The notes: generated from the sequence alone by a model not told the origin. Shown: positions 29,040 through 38,356, counted from the stretch's first letter. The stretch is 64,000 bases of DNA from an uncultured Bacteroidota bacterium (GCA_963808245.1 CAWEES010000002.1:706252-770251); one strand, 5' to 3'. Translations and numbers: made by a program.

Positions 29040-29260
29040 CATTTAAAATTCCAAACACGCTGCGATATTGAGATTAAGGCAGTGGCTACCGTTTTGTACC
29101 CGTTGATTTTGTCGGGATGATATCTCTTGGCAAGGTTGTTACTGCCGTTCTATTTTAATTGCTCTTCTTGCAGCTTTTGTATTTCTGCCGACCAATTAGC
29201 CGGCGGTAGGACGTTCTGGTCGTTCTCATGCATGAGTATTTCCATGGTACTCCTATTTTA
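29040..29260 (-). pseudogene. Remnant of a second grpE-dnaJ locus (31-codon grpE 5' fragment fused to a J-domain fragment)
   Basis: The minus strand reads MEILMHENDQNVLPPANWSAEIQKLQEEQLK-stop, against MEILIHENDQNILPPANWSAEIQKLQEE in the intact grpE. It is followed by LAKRYHPDK (29111-29134 matches 9388-9411 with 1 mismatch in 24). Confidence 0.75.
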
Positions 29261-29284
29261 CTATTTGTCAACTCACTTTCACAA
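29161..29284. repeat. 124-bp direct repeat, copy 2
   Basis: ~94% identical by eye to 9956..10079. Includes the last 5 codons and stop of the intact oxidoreductase gene (LVKVS-stop). Confidence 0.85.
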
Positions 29285-30278
29285 GTCGTTTGCCGAGATT
29301 CTCTCCTGCAAACAATCCTATAAAAGCCTTCGGAGCATTTTCCAGCCCTTCAACGAGGTCCTCGACATACTTCAGTTTCTTTTCCTTCAGCCATCCCGCC
29401 AATTGACGTGTCGCTTCATCGAACCGGCTTGCGTAATCATGTACTAAGAAGCCTTTCATGAGAGCGCTATGTGCAAGCAATTGAGGCTGGATGCGAGGGC
29501 CTGTAGGAATTTGTGTCTCATTGTATAACGAAATCTGTCCGCATAATGGAATGCGGGCGTTATTCTTTATCAAAGAAAGAACCGCATCCGAGATGTCACC
29601 ACCGACATTGTCAAAGTAAATGTCGACGCCCTCCGGACAAGATTCCTTCAATGCTATCCCCAAATTAGAAGCAACTTTATAATTGATTGCGTCATCAAAT
29701 CCTAATTCATTAATCAAGTACTTCGTCTTCTTCTCGGACCCGGCAACGCCGACAACACGACAACCATGTATCCTGGCGATCTGCCCGACAATTGTACCTA
29801 CCGCTCCTGCCGCGCCGGAGACGACGACTGTTTCATTTTGCTTTGGCTGTCCAATTTCTATCAATCCGAAATACGCTGTAAGCCCGGGCATTCCCAAAAC
29901 TCCCAACGCCGTACTAACCGGAGCAATGTCAGGATTTATCGTGCGCACTTCGTTCTCACCAGCCACTGCGTAATCCTGCCAGCCGAGATTTCCGACTACA
30001 AAATCCCCCTTGACGAAATTCTTCGACTCTGACTCAATGACCTCTCCGACAATCCTTCCATTCAATACTTCGTTAAGCTGGAAAGGCGCAACGTAGGACT
30101 TTCGATCGTTCATCCTGCCCCGCATGTACGGATCAACGGAAATAAATTTCGTCTTTACCAACACCTGCGCTTTCATCGGTTGAGGCATTTCGGATGTAAC
30201 CAGCTTGAAACAATCCTCGCCCGGTATTCCAGTAGGTCTCTTGACCAGGAGGATTTGCCTGTTTAGTTGCCGTTGCAC
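29268..30278 (-). CDS. NADP-dependent oxidoreductase (alkenal/enone reductase, PTGR1/YncB/CurA-like MDR)
   Basis: 336 aa. VVSGAAGAVGTIVGQIARIHGCRVVGVAGS cofactor motif. N-terminal GIPGEDCFKL pattern. Confidence 0.85.
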   Translation of the reverse strand: MQRQLNRQILLVKRPTGIPGEDCFKLVTSEMPQPMKAQVLVKTKFISVDPYMRGRMNDRKSYVAPFQLNEVLNGRIVGEVIESESKNFVKGDFVVGNLGWQDYAVAGENEVRTINPDIAPVSTALGVLGMPGLTAYFGLIEIGQPKQNETVVVSGAAGAVGTIVGQIARIHGCRVVGVAGSEKKTKYLINELGFDDAINYKVASNLGIALKESCPEGVDIYFDNVGGDISDAVLSLIKNNARIPLCGQISLYNETQIPTGPRIQPQLLAHSALMKGFLVHDYASRFDEATRQLAGWLKEKKLKYVEDLVEGLENAPKAFIGLFAGENLGKRLVKVS

Positions 30279-31381
30279 TTTATCTCCGTTTCTTCATTCG
30301 TGTATAACGGATAATCTGTGTATCCCTCTTCTCCCGGAGAATAAAACGAAGCCATATGAAGTTCTTTCGAGAGTGGCCAGCCGTTAACAAGTCGTTCGAC
30401 GAAGTCGGGATTATTAATAAATGGACGGCCGAATGCGATAAGGTCTGCAAGCCCGCCCTGCAATTCTTTTTCCGCAAGTTCCTTTGTATACCCACCGCTA
30501 AGAATAATTGTACCATGAAACTTTTTACGGATAGTCTTTTTGATTTCGACCGGCACTTCCGGCGCACCCATGCCGCTGTGGTCCACTATATGAACGTATA
30601 ATATTCCCATGAGATTCAGCTGCTCAGAAAGATATTTATATGTGCCGGCAATTTCGGGATATTGCTGCATATCGCTCGCCACCCCATAAGGAGATAAGCG
30701 GATCCCGACACGCTCCTTACCAATTGCTTCAACCGCGCCTCTTATTACTTCCAATGGAAAACGGCAGCGGTTTTCAATGGTGCCTCCGTAGTTGTCATTT
30801 CTTGTGTTACTCCTCGGGGACAGGAATTGCTCCAACAAGTATCCGTTCGCACCATGAAGTTCTATTCCGTCAAAATCCGCTTTTAATGAATTAATGGCAG
30901 CAGTGGCGTATTCTTGTTTCGTATGCTCTATTTCTTCATTGACCATTGCGGTTGGAATAGGATAGTCCTGCAATCCCAGCATATCTGTCCACATTTGCCC
31001 GACAGGTTTGACCGCGGAGGGTGCAATGATTGTTGCATTTTGGACCATGTTCGCAGGATGGCTGATGCGACCGGTGTGCATAAGCTGGACAAATATTTTT
31101 CCGCCTTTGGAATGAACAGCATTCGTAGTTTGCTTCCACCCTTCCACTTGTTCTTCGCTAAAGATGCCAAGGATCCGGCTATAGCCAAGTCCATTTGGCG
31201 AAGGAGATGTCCCTTCTGTAATAATGAGTCCTGCAGCAGCACGCTGTCCGTAGAATTTAGCCATTAATTCATTTGGGATGTTGCCAATCGCGCGAGACCG
31301 AGTCATTGGAGACATAACGATTCGATTTCTTAGATCAATGTTACCCAGTTTATAAGGGTCCAACAATCCAATGTTTTTCAA
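30263..31381 (-). CDS. Old Yellow Enzyme family NADH:flavin oxidoreductase (alkene reductase)
   Basis: 372 aa. LRNRIVMSPMTRSRA, HGANGYLLEQFLS and RFPLEV motifs. The stop overlaps the next gene start by 16 nt. Confidence 0.9.
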   Translation of the reverse strand: MKNIGLLDPYKLGNIDLRNRIVMSPMTRSRAIGNIPNELMAKFYGQRAAAGLIITEGTSPSPNGLGYSRILGIFSEEQVEGWKQTTNAVHSKGGKIFVQLMHTGRISHPANMVQNATIIAPSAVKPVGQMWTDMLGLQDYPIPTAMVNEEIEHTKQEYATAAINSLKADFDGIELHGANGYLLEQFLSPRSNTRNDNYGGTIENRCRFPLEVIRGAVEAIGKERVGIRLSPYGVASDMQQYPEIAGTYKYLSEQLNLMGILYVHIVDHSGMGAPEVPVEIKKTIRKKFHGTIILSGGYTKELAEKELQGGLADLIAFGRPFINNPDFVERLVNGWPLSKELHMASFYSPGEEGYTDYPLYTNEETEIKCNGN

Positions 31382-31485
31382 TTTACATTTCCTTCTATAA
31401 AATTAGTATGGGTTTTATATTCGTATCGTACTTCCTGATGGGCAAGATAAGAGCATTACTCATCTGTTTATCAAGCAACATTAGA

Positions 31486-31668
31486 TCAACCTATGCCGCC
31501 TTCAGTCTGATCTGCCAGGTATTTCTCAATACTGATTTGTGCTTTCCCGTCAAAGCGTATCCAGCTTAATGCGACGATGCTCGCCATAACCTCGGTGCCG
31601 AAGAGGGGGAAATAGACCAGTAGGACACTCGACCTGACGACGAACAATGTATTAGATGTCGTGTTCAT
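31486..31668 (-). CDS. Hypothetical 60-aa protein (only the C-terminal part of track ORF 31486..31818)
   Basis: The ATG at 31668 lies 68 nt downstream of the -10-like box of module F. The upstream part of the track ORF runs through the module itself and is unlikely to be coding. No family recognised. Confidence 0.25.
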   Translation of the reverse strand: MNTTSNTLFVVRSSVLLVYFPLFGTEVMASIVALSWIRFDGKAQISIEKYLADQTEGGIG

Positions 31669-31770
31669 GAGACTAATATCCTTTGGGGTCTCTCTTATTA
31701 GTCGACAATTTATCCTGGGACCAGTACTATGATTAACTGTACCAACATCGGAAGAAAAGTGAGGCTGGTA

Positions 31771-31808
31771 AATAGGCCAAAAGGATGAAAAGAGAGCTAC
31801 ATCCTTCT
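31771..31808 (-). repeat. GGATGAAA hairpin module, copy F
   Basis: + strand AATAGGCCAAAAGGATGAAAAGAGAGCTACATCCTTCT. Stem AAGGAT/ATCCTT. About 95 nt, including the downstream box TTGGTACAGTTAATCA (31736-31741 = TACAGT), aligns with copy G. Confidence 0.6.
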
Positions 31809-31946
31809 CTCTAACCAAATGATCGGAGAATTACCGAAAGTTCTCTATCCTTGTTGATTTTAAGAACAGTTCATGATCAATTAGACCTCTTAGTTTCTAA
31901 TCCGTTTCTGACCGGCGAACCTTGAGGATAACGTTGACTTAACTTC

Positions 31947-33422
31947 TTATCCTACCTTTTTGAAATCAATATATCCACGCTCTATATCTGTGCGCAGTAA
32001 CTGCACACGGCACTTGTGACCGACATCCAAGCCTTCAAAGCCGCTCACCACCTTTCCTTCCACGGGCGGATGCAAAAGACGGACCCACGTCCCTTTTACA
32101 GACGCGCCCGTAACGATGGCATCGAATTGCTGATTTATCTTCGAACCGAGTACCATGGCTGCTGCCGACTTTTCAACCTGTCGCTCGACCTTTTTCGCTA
32201 CATCCTCTTCTTCGGTACAGTGTTTTGCAAGCGTCTCTAATTCATCGGTCGTATACGGAATAGGATTTCCAGTCATCGCTGCCTTTAGTAACCGCTGCGT
32301 GATCAGATCGGGATACCGGCGGTTCGGTGCAGTGGAGTGAGCGTAGTCTTTGACCGCAAGACCGAAGTGTCCGGCTGAACTCCCTCCCGGAAGCTCGACG
32401 ACATATTCACCTGCACCTAAAAGTTTGATGACACTGAGAGAAAGATCGGGGAAACGGAGAGGATCGGCAGATTTTGCCGATAACAAGAATGCATCCAGCG
32501 CTTTTGAATCGGGCTCTTTAGGAAGTTTGAAATCCTGCTCCAGGGCAAGCTCGACGATTCGATCCCAGCGTTTTGGGGTCCGGACAACGCGCCGCAGCGA
32601 CGGCAATTTTTTAGCAGCGAGATATCGTGCCGTCACGCCGTTTGCCGTGATCATGAAGTCCTCTATAATATCTTTGGCGGCGTTCCTTTTCTCAGCTTCC
32701 AAGTCCTTTATCTCATCTTCCTCAAATACGGGGCGAGCTTCTACAGTTTCGAGATCGAGCGCACCATGTTCGTGCCGGAGGGATTTAAGTTTCTGGGCCG
32801 CGCGATACTGAAGTCGTAGATTTTCTTCGAGACCGCTAACTGCGCCGATGGCCTGCGGCATCGGCCCGCATCCTTCCAGCCAATCGCCAACGCTGTTGTA
32901 GGCAAGCTTCGCGCGATTGCGAACTGTTGCTCCATAAATATCTGAGGTTTGAAGCGATCCATCCCCAGCAATAACTATTTCAATGACGATAGCGAGCCGG
33001 TCTGATTCAAGGTTGAGAGATGTAAGATCGGTCGAGAGTTTATCGGGGAGCATCGGGAATATCTCCGCGGCGGTATAGACCGACGTGGTGTTATGCTTTG
33101 CGTGCTCGTCAATGGCAGATTGTTTCTTGACGATCGCATCGACATCTGCAATGGCGACAAGGATTTTCACTGCCCCGTCGGGCATAGTTTCGGCAACAGT
33201 AAGCTGGTCCAGATCAAGCGAGTCGTCGTTATCTATCGAGCACCATGCGAGATTTCTTAGATCATGTGTCGAACCGTCAACTATCACTGCAGGTCCGTGG
33301 ATTCCGGCGAGCTCAGCAATAGCCTGGGAGGTGAAATCAGGAAGAAGCCCTCTTTCCATCATTACCCTGCGTGCAATTCTTTGTAAGATGGAACGGTGCT
33401 GCTTGTCGTTTGTATTCGTCAT
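31947..33422 (-). CDS. RNB-domain exoribonuclease (RNase II/R family)
   Basis: 491 aa. IDNDDSLDLDQL and HFGLAVKDYAHSTAPNRRYPDLITQRLL RNB motifs. C-terminal S1-like domain. Confidence 0.88.
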   Translation of the reverse strand: MTNTNDKQHRSILQRIARRVMMERGLLPDFTSQAIAELAGIHGPAVIVDGSTHDLRNLAWCSIDNDDSLDLDQLTVAETMPDGAVKILVAIADVDAIVKKQSAIDEHAKHNTTSVYTAAEIFPMLPDKLSTDLTSLNLESDRLAIVIEIVIAGDGSLQTSDIYGATVRNRAKLAYNSVGDWLEGCGPMPQAIGAVSGLEENLRLQYRAAQKLKSLRHEHGALDLETVEARPVFEEDEIKDLEAEKRNAAKDIIEDFMITANGVTARYLAAKKLPSLRRVVRTPKRWDRIVELALEQDFKLPKEPDSKALDAFLLSAKSADPLRFPDLSLSVIKLLGAGEYVVELPGGSSAGHFGLAVKDYAHSTAPNRRYPDLITQRLLKAAMTGNPIPYTTDELETLAKHCTEEEDVAKKVERQVEKSAAAMVLGSKINQQFDAIVTGASVKGTWVRLLHPPVEGKVVSGFEGLDVGHKCRVQLLRTDIERGYIDFKKVG

Positions 33423-33760
33423 ACCATCTCTAATAATTAATTATCGTTTAGTTCCTTGATGATTTCGATATCATGCAAGAGGATGTTTTTTATCTTTCCC
33501 ACCGTGACAATATATCCTATGGAGGTCATCTTTATAAAGAGAACTTCTAAAACTGTTAATTTCTATTTTAAACATTACTGTCTGATTATTGCTACAATCT
33601 GACTGCTAATCATTTCACCGACCCTTTCAATTTCACATAAGCGTTTCTTAACCTCAATCCCCGCCTCACCAGAGTCGACGCACAAGTCGTAAATCGACAT
33701 AACGCAGGAAGACGACACTGTCGAGATCGAAGGTGACAAATTCACAACGTGGTACGCTTA

Positions 33761-34822
33761 CTAACTCTGTTTACCGTGGTCGTCCTGTTTCTTTGGCTCT
33801 TGCCTGGGCTGAGTGGCCCTGGGTCGTGAAGGTTGCGGCCCGCCATTTTTCTTGGGTGGAGACATATGCGGTGGATGCTTTCCAGTATTGTTGTTTGGAT
33901 TCACTTGTGGTTGAGAAGTCCCACCATTTCTTTTGGGGGGAACTACACTCGGTGGTGCCTTTCCACCATTGTCGGCTGGATTTACTTTCGGCGGCCGTTT
34001 GCCACCGTTTCTTACCGAAACCGGTTTTACTTCATTCAACTTCATTACCTTGGTTGGAGCAGGCCTCTGTCCGCCGCCGTTGTTTTTTTGCACTCGAGGT
34101 CTGTAAATTTGCAATTCGCCATTGTTCATCTGCTGACCTGGCTGAGTGCCTTCCCGAATAACAACTGACCTCACCGGTGTATGCGTAACTTTTCGGACAT
34201 CGTTAACGTCAGGACCCGCGATATAACTGGCGCCGCGACTGTCGTCTTTTCGTATATTTACAATTACCGTCGAGTTCTTGATGAACCCGGTGTTTCTAGT
34301 CCGTTGGATATAATGGCTACTAATATCGGGCCGTGTAATATCCATGTCTCTAACAAAAATCCAGTGTTTACCCGTCTCATGGTAACCGTTGCCAAAAGCT
34401 ATATCCATGCTGATGCCAGGCCCTAAGGGTGCCCAACCATAATAGCCGGGAGATCTTCTCCACAATACCCAGGCAGGACCCCATTCATTATCGGGAATCC
34501 AAAACCAACCGTAAACATTATCGTAACCCCAGCGACCATAATGGAAAGGTGCCCATCCCCATGGATAATTGGAAACCCATGTCCAACCGTCATCGGTAAA
34601 TGCCCAGTAGCCGTTAGTAGCGTAAGGCCTAAATCCTGGCTCTACATTTGGTATCCAAACATATCCGTAGTTTTGATAATCTACCCACATTCCATAGGGG
34701 CTCAAGTCATCATAAAAAAGTTGAAAACTCGCAGGCCCCTGCTGTGCATAGGCTCCTTGTGGTACTATCCATGCACACGTTACAAGTGCTACAAGCACGG
34801 CAAGTATTTTTAAATATCTCAT
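33761..34822 (-). CDS. YXWGXW-repeat secreted protein with Pro/Gly/Asn-rich tail
   Basis: Start moved to the ATG at 34822 (MRYLKILAVLVALVTCAW signal peptide). Repeats YGYVWIP, WTWVSNYPWGWAPFHYGRWGY, YGWFWIP. The low-complexity tail has repeated NGG-x-x-PP units. Confidence 0.75.
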   Translation of the reverse strand: MRYLKILAVLVALVTCAWIVPQGAYAQQGPASFQLFYDDLSPYGMWVDYQNYGYVWIPNVEPGFRPYATNGYWAFTDDGWTWVSNYPWGWAPFHYGRWGYDNVYGWFWIPDNEWGPAWVLWRRSPGYYGWAPLGPGISMDIAFGNGYHETGKHWIFVRDMDITRPDISSHYIQRTRNTGFIKNSTVIVNIRKDDSRGASYIAGPDVNDVRKVTHTPVRSVVIREGTQPGQQMNNGELQIYRPRVQKNNGGGQRPAPTKVMKLNEVKPVSVRNGGKRPPKVNPADNGGKAPPSVVPPKRNGGTSQPQVNPNNNTGKHPPHMSPPKKNGGPQPSRPRATQPRQEPKKQDDHGKQS

Positions 34823-34903
34823 TGTTATGTCTTTCATTATTATGTAATTAACAGACAGGAAATCCCTCATCTTAACAATTCCAATTGCGGCTCCGCTAAA
34901 TGG

Positions 34904-35053
34904 TTAGAGGGGTTTTCGTCCGCTAATGACTCTAACCAGGATGACTACCACTGCAATCACCAGAAGAACGTGAATGAATCCACCCATTGTGTGCGAGGTG
35001 ATGAACCCCAGGAGCCATAATGCAACCAAAACAACAGCGATAATGTACATCAT
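34904..35053 (-). CDS. lmo0937-family small membrane protein
   Basis: 49 aa from the ATG at 35053: MMYIIAVVLVALWLLGFITSHTMGGFIHVLLVIAVVVILVRVISGRKPL. An AAGGA lies upstream. Confidence 0.65.
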   Translation of the reverse strand: MMYIIAVVLVALWLLGFITSHTMGGFIHVLLVIAVVVILVRVISGRKPL

Positions 35054-35203
35054 AAGAAAATCCTTTTCCCTTTTTGTATTAAGTGTCCGACACACTTGAG
35101 ATTCAACGAGCAAGCTGGCATGCCGCCGATCCATTACGTCCGAAGAATCATCTCTTCTTTCTTCTGTTTGATTTTTTGGAATAAGCCTCTTTCGTTTTTC
35201 CGG

Positions 35204-35431
35204 CTATGTCAGCGCGTTCTCCCGCCTTCTATCTCCGGACCCCGTCCTCGCCCGGCGGAGGGACGGTTTGGCGGCTTGCGCCCTTACGAACAAGGGCGAT
35301 TCTGCCACCTTCTTGAAGAAAATCCAACAGAAGAGGAGGATCCCCGTCATCACCTCGCCTCCAAGGAGCAAAAAATACACCACAACAAATAAAAAACCAA
35401 TGACGGGGAGCAAACTGTTTATTGTCTTCAC
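35204..35431 (-). CDS. Hypothetical small membrane protein
   Basis: 75 aa. Two hydrophobic helices, then an Arg-rich tail. No family recognised. Confidence 0.35.
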   Translation of the reverse strand: MKTINSLLPVIGFLFVVVYFLLLGGEVMTGILLFCWIFFKKVAESPLFVRAQAAKPSLRRARTGSGDRRRENALT

Positions 35432-35473
35432 GAGATTTGCCTCCTAAAGAAATAGACTGATCTCATTCCTAAC

Positions 35474-36553
35474 TCACTTCATGAGAATCATCTTCTTGAT
35501 GGAAACGAATGATCCGTCATTCAGACGATAGAAGTATAAACCGCTTGCGAATTTGCTGCCGTCGAACGTAGCTATGTGTGTACCCGCCGTCTGTTGACCT
35601 GCAAATAATGCGGCAACTTTCTCACCCAAAACGTTGTAAACATTCAATGTCATAAACCCGTTCTGTGGAACCGAGTAGTTGATCTGTGTTGTCGGGTTGA
35701 ATGGATTCGGGTAGTTCTGCGAAAGTGAGAAGTCTGCCGGCGCAGATACATGTTCTTTGACAGCAGTCACTACTCCTGGATCTGTAACCGCATTGGCTTC
35801 TAATGTAATTGCGGTCTGTGCCAACGCTTTGCCTTCTAATGTTGCACCGGTATTCAGGGCGATCAACGTTTGACACAGTATATCTCCTTTGAAGTCAGCT
35901 GTTGTTCCGATCGTTACTTTACCGGCGACCTGCCAGAAGATGTTCTTAGCCTGTGCGCTGCCAATCATGACTTTCATGCCGTTGGATTCGGTGAGATTTC
36001 CTGATATCTGGAATATCCAGACATCATTTGCTCCACCGCTGAGAGTAACATTCGTCGAAATCGTTACATTGGTCGTCCACTTATATAGGCCGGGAACAAG
36101 AGTCTGCCCGCCCATTTCGCCAGCACCGACATTCAAAAACGTTCCGGTAGGTATCGGTGTTCGTCCTGCAGCGTCGGTGTACGCAGTTTGCATGTCACCT
36201 ATGGCCGTGGTCAGGTTCGCGGGGCTTGGCACTGCATAGTTTGATGCATATATCTTTCCGGTTACCGCACTCGATGTCGCAAACACATTCGTCGCATCCG
36301 CTATCAATGAAAATCCAGTAATGAATGTTGCGGCGGCTGGACTAATTCCGATGTTGCCGGTAATCGCGGTGGTCCCCGTAGTCGAGACTCCCGTTTTTGC
36401 CAGGATGACGAAATTCCCGGCTGTCTTAAGATTTACTGGCAATTGTTGTGAAATAGCAACTGCATTCACGATTAAGACAGTTGCCAACATTAAGCCGAAA
36501 AGGCGGCCCCATTCGGTTAACGTATTTGTCAAATTTTTAGTATGAATCTTCAT
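35474..36553 (-). CDS. Ice-binding-like protein (DUF3494) with T9SS C-terminal sorting domain
   Basis: Start moved to the ATG at 36553 (MKIHTKNL..., signal peptide). DUF3494 core LKTAGNFVILAKTGVSTTGTTAITGNIGISPAAATFITGF ... NDVWIFQISGNL ... AKNIFWQVAG. C-terminus NYPNPFNPTTQINYSV...GLYFYRL is typical of T9SS type A tails. Confidence 0.85.
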   Translation of the reverse strand: MKIHTKNLTNTLTEWGRLFGLMLATVLIVNAVAISQQLPVNLKTAGNFVILAKTGVSTTGTTAITGNIGISPAAATFITGFSLIADATNVFATSSAVTGKIYASNYAVPSPANLTTAIGDMQTAYTDAAGRTPIPTGTFLNVGAGEMGGQTLVPGLYKWTTNVTISTNVTLSGGANDVWIFQISGNLTESNGMKVMIGSAQAKNIFWQVAGKVTIGTTADFKGDILCQTLIALNTGATLEGKALAQTAITLEANAVTDPGVVTAVKEHVSAPADFSLSQNYPNPFNPTTQINYSVPQNGFMTLNVYNVLGEKVAALFAGQQTAGTHIATFDGSKFASGLYFYRLNDGSFVSIKKMILMK

Positions 36554-36700
36554 AAGGTTATCCTTGTGGTCAATTGGTTTGACCTGTTTTATTGAGTCGT
36601 TTATCCCAACTTGAGTTGACACGCCAGTCCGGCGTGACAACTCAGATGGAAGATTATTTTTGTACTTGAACATTTCTTGTTGAGTTTTCATGAAAGGTTA

Positions 36701-37981
36701 TTACTGAACGAAGAATTCCATTCGTCGATTCTCTGACCGGCCTTCATCGGTTTTGTTCGAGGCTATGGGTTCGTTTTCGCCTCTTCCGATAGTTCTCATG
36801 CGGTTAGATGCGATGCCTTCACTGACGAGCCAATTCTTTACTGCCTGCGCACGCTTCAATGAAAGTACTTGATTGGATTTCTCGCTTCCCACATTGTCCG
36901 TATAGCCGGTAATTACTACCCTCACACCAGGATTTGCGACCATTGCATTGAAGGCTCTCATTAATATAATCTCTGAACCATCCGTGAGCGTCGTCTTGTT
37001 GGACGCGAAATTGATGCCTCTAAGAATGACGGTCTTTCCTTTAATAAGAACGATAAGGGTATCACGATTCTTTTGTTCCGACAACGCCAATGTTGCTGCA
37101 TTGGTCGAATCTTTCAGGCGCAGCGTCTCTGCGGTCGCCGCGTTAGTTGAATCCTTTACATTCGTGGCCGCTACCATTGCATTGGTTGAATCCTTAACAT
37201 GTGCCGCCGCTGTCGACGCGCTGGTCGAATCTTGTATACGCCTCGCCTCAGCCACGTTGGCTTCCTTCACACGTAACGCCTCTGATGCCGCATTGGTCGA
37301 GTCCTGTACATGTTGTGCCAAGGCAGTGTTTGCTGCATTTATACGATTAGCCTCTACGGCCGCATCGGTAGAATCCTTTACACGTTGTGCTTCCTCCTCG
37401 TCCGCGTTATTATCACCAAGACTAAATGCAAGCCCCAGAGAAAAAGCAAAGAATCCGTCTTCTTTGTTATTCGTGACAGAGTTTAAGTTAGAATTCGATC
37501 GCGTCTGTCCGTTTAATTGATCCGAAAGGGACAAATCATATCCGCCGCTAACTTGCAGCATGAGTCCGCTGTTGATTCTGCTTTGAATACCGATACCGAT
37601 CGGAACCATCGGTAAAAAATTCGAGTTGCCAATGTTTAGGGTTTTAGATAGACCTAAACCTGCATAAAGGAACGGGTTCAAATTTGGTAATGAAAAAGGA
37701 ACGTAGAGTAATCGGAGGTCGGCCATAAGGACCTGTGCCGAGTACGAAGGCGCGTTGAGATCGGTGTAGCCCACACCAACCTGGCCCAGTAGAGCGGACA
37801 TGAATTCATGTTGAAAATACCCGCGATACTGCATCACCCATTTATCACCGGGGGCGTTATCTCCCTGAGCGCCGCCCATTGAAACACCCCATGCGTTCAC
37901 AGGGTCCTTGAACTGGGCTTGAACCTGGCTATACCCCACAAGGGTCATAACCAACATTGAACATACAATAAACTGTTTCAT
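36701..37981 (-). CDS. OmpA-family outer membrane protein with internal KDSTNA repeats
   Basis: Start moved to the ATG at 37981 (MKQFIVCSMLVMTLVGYSQVQAQ). N-terminal beta-barrel-like region. C-terminal OmpA domain (ITGYTDNVGSEKSNQVLSLKRAQAVKNWL...NRRMEFFVQ). Confidence 0.85.
   Translation of the reverse strand: MKQFIVCSMLVMTLVGYSQVQAQFKDPVNAWGVSMGGAQGDNAPGDKWVMQYRGYFQHEFMSALLGQVGVGYTDLNAPSYSAQVLMADLRLLYVPFSLPNLNPFLYAGLGLSKTLNIGNSNFLPMVPIGIGIQSRINSGLMLQVSGGYDLSLSDQLNGQTRSNSNLNSVTNNKEDGFFAFSLGLAFSLGDNNADEEEAQRVKDSTDAAVEANRINAANTALAQHVQDSTNAASEALRVKEANVAEARRIQDSTSASTAAAHVKDSTNAMVAATNVKDSTNAATAETLRLKDSTNAATLALSEQKNRDTLIVLIKGKTVILRGINFASNKTTLTDGSEIILMRAFNAMVANPGVRVVITGYTDNVGSEKSNQVLSLKRAQAVKNWLVSEGIASNRMRTIGRGENEPIASNKTDEGRSENRRMEFFVQ
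37076..37390 (-). repeat. Degenerate tandem repeats inside the OmpA-family CDS
   Basis: Six copies of the motif [VLI][KQ]DST[NDS]A across aa 211-315. At DNA level GCATTGGTCGAATC-like units recur. Confidence 0.7.
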
Positions 37982-38066
37982 CTGGAACCTCTCTTTGATT
38001 ATAAGTTGCTTCGTGATCACTTCAGTGATTCACTGTACCAAAGTAGAACGGAACATGAGGCGGGCA

Positions 38067-38103
38067 AATAAGACAAAGGGATGAAAAGGGAGCTAGACCC
38101 TAT
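38067..38103 (-). repeat. GGATGAAA hairpin module, copy G
   Basis: + strand AATAAGACAAAGGGATGAAAAGGGAGCTAGACCCTAT. Stem AGGG/CCCT. A TACAGT box lies at 38033-38038, 52 nt before the 37981 start. Confidence 0.6.
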
Positions 38104-38303
38104 GGCTAAGTAATCTCGAAAAAATCCTGATTTTCTCGAGTGAGCCAATTGTTACTGGCTAAGTCTGCTATAAAGTGGTACACCTGTAGATATGTTAGAT
38201 TGGATTTTAGAGGTACATCAGAGTACACTGGGCCATTGAAAAAATAAATAGATCATGAATCACACAAAGAACGATACGACAAGAAGTAAATGGCAGAGAT
38301 AGT

Positions 38304-38327
38304 GCATCTTCGTCGATCGACGAATGC
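38304..38327 (-). terminator. Palindrome/hairpin downstream of mgtA (candidate terminator or binding site)
   Basis: Perfect 16-bp palindrome TTCGTCGATCGACGAA (38309-38324), extended by GCA/TGC, 33 nt after the mgtA stop. No U-tract follows, so its terminator status is uncertain. Confidence 0.3.
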
Positions 38328-38356
38328 GCAGTGATTGCCCTTCGCGTTCTCACCCT

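Noticed and set aside
31669-31818. Full-length 110-aa ORF 31486..31818.
   Set aside because: Its N-terminal half is translated straight through module copy F and its -10-like box. Only the C-terminal 60 codons are retained, and those at low confidence.
33480-33725. Two sub-60-aa minus-strand ORFs in the 338-nt gap upstream of the RNB gene: a 56-codon GTG-start ORF ending IVAIIRQ and a 30-codon ORF MTSIGYIVTVGKIK....
   Set aside because: No SD or family signal that I can recognise. They may be decayed gene fragments and there is too little evidence to annotate them.
38021-38040. Sigma-54 type -24/-12 promoter at TTGGTACAGTGAATCA (also at 31730-31745).
   Set aside because: The GG is present, but the GC of the -12 element is not at the required spacing (TGGTACAGTGAATCA versus TGGCACG-N4-TTGC).
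5755-38103. Tiny ORFs starting at the ATG inside the invariant GGATGAAA core (e.g. MKE-stop, MKKGLPL-stop, MKRELHPSL-stop).
   Set aside because: Lengths vary from 3 to 10 codons. Their sequences are not conserved beyond what the nucleotide motif itself forces. They are on the strand opposite to all genes. A leader-peptide interpretation is unsupported.
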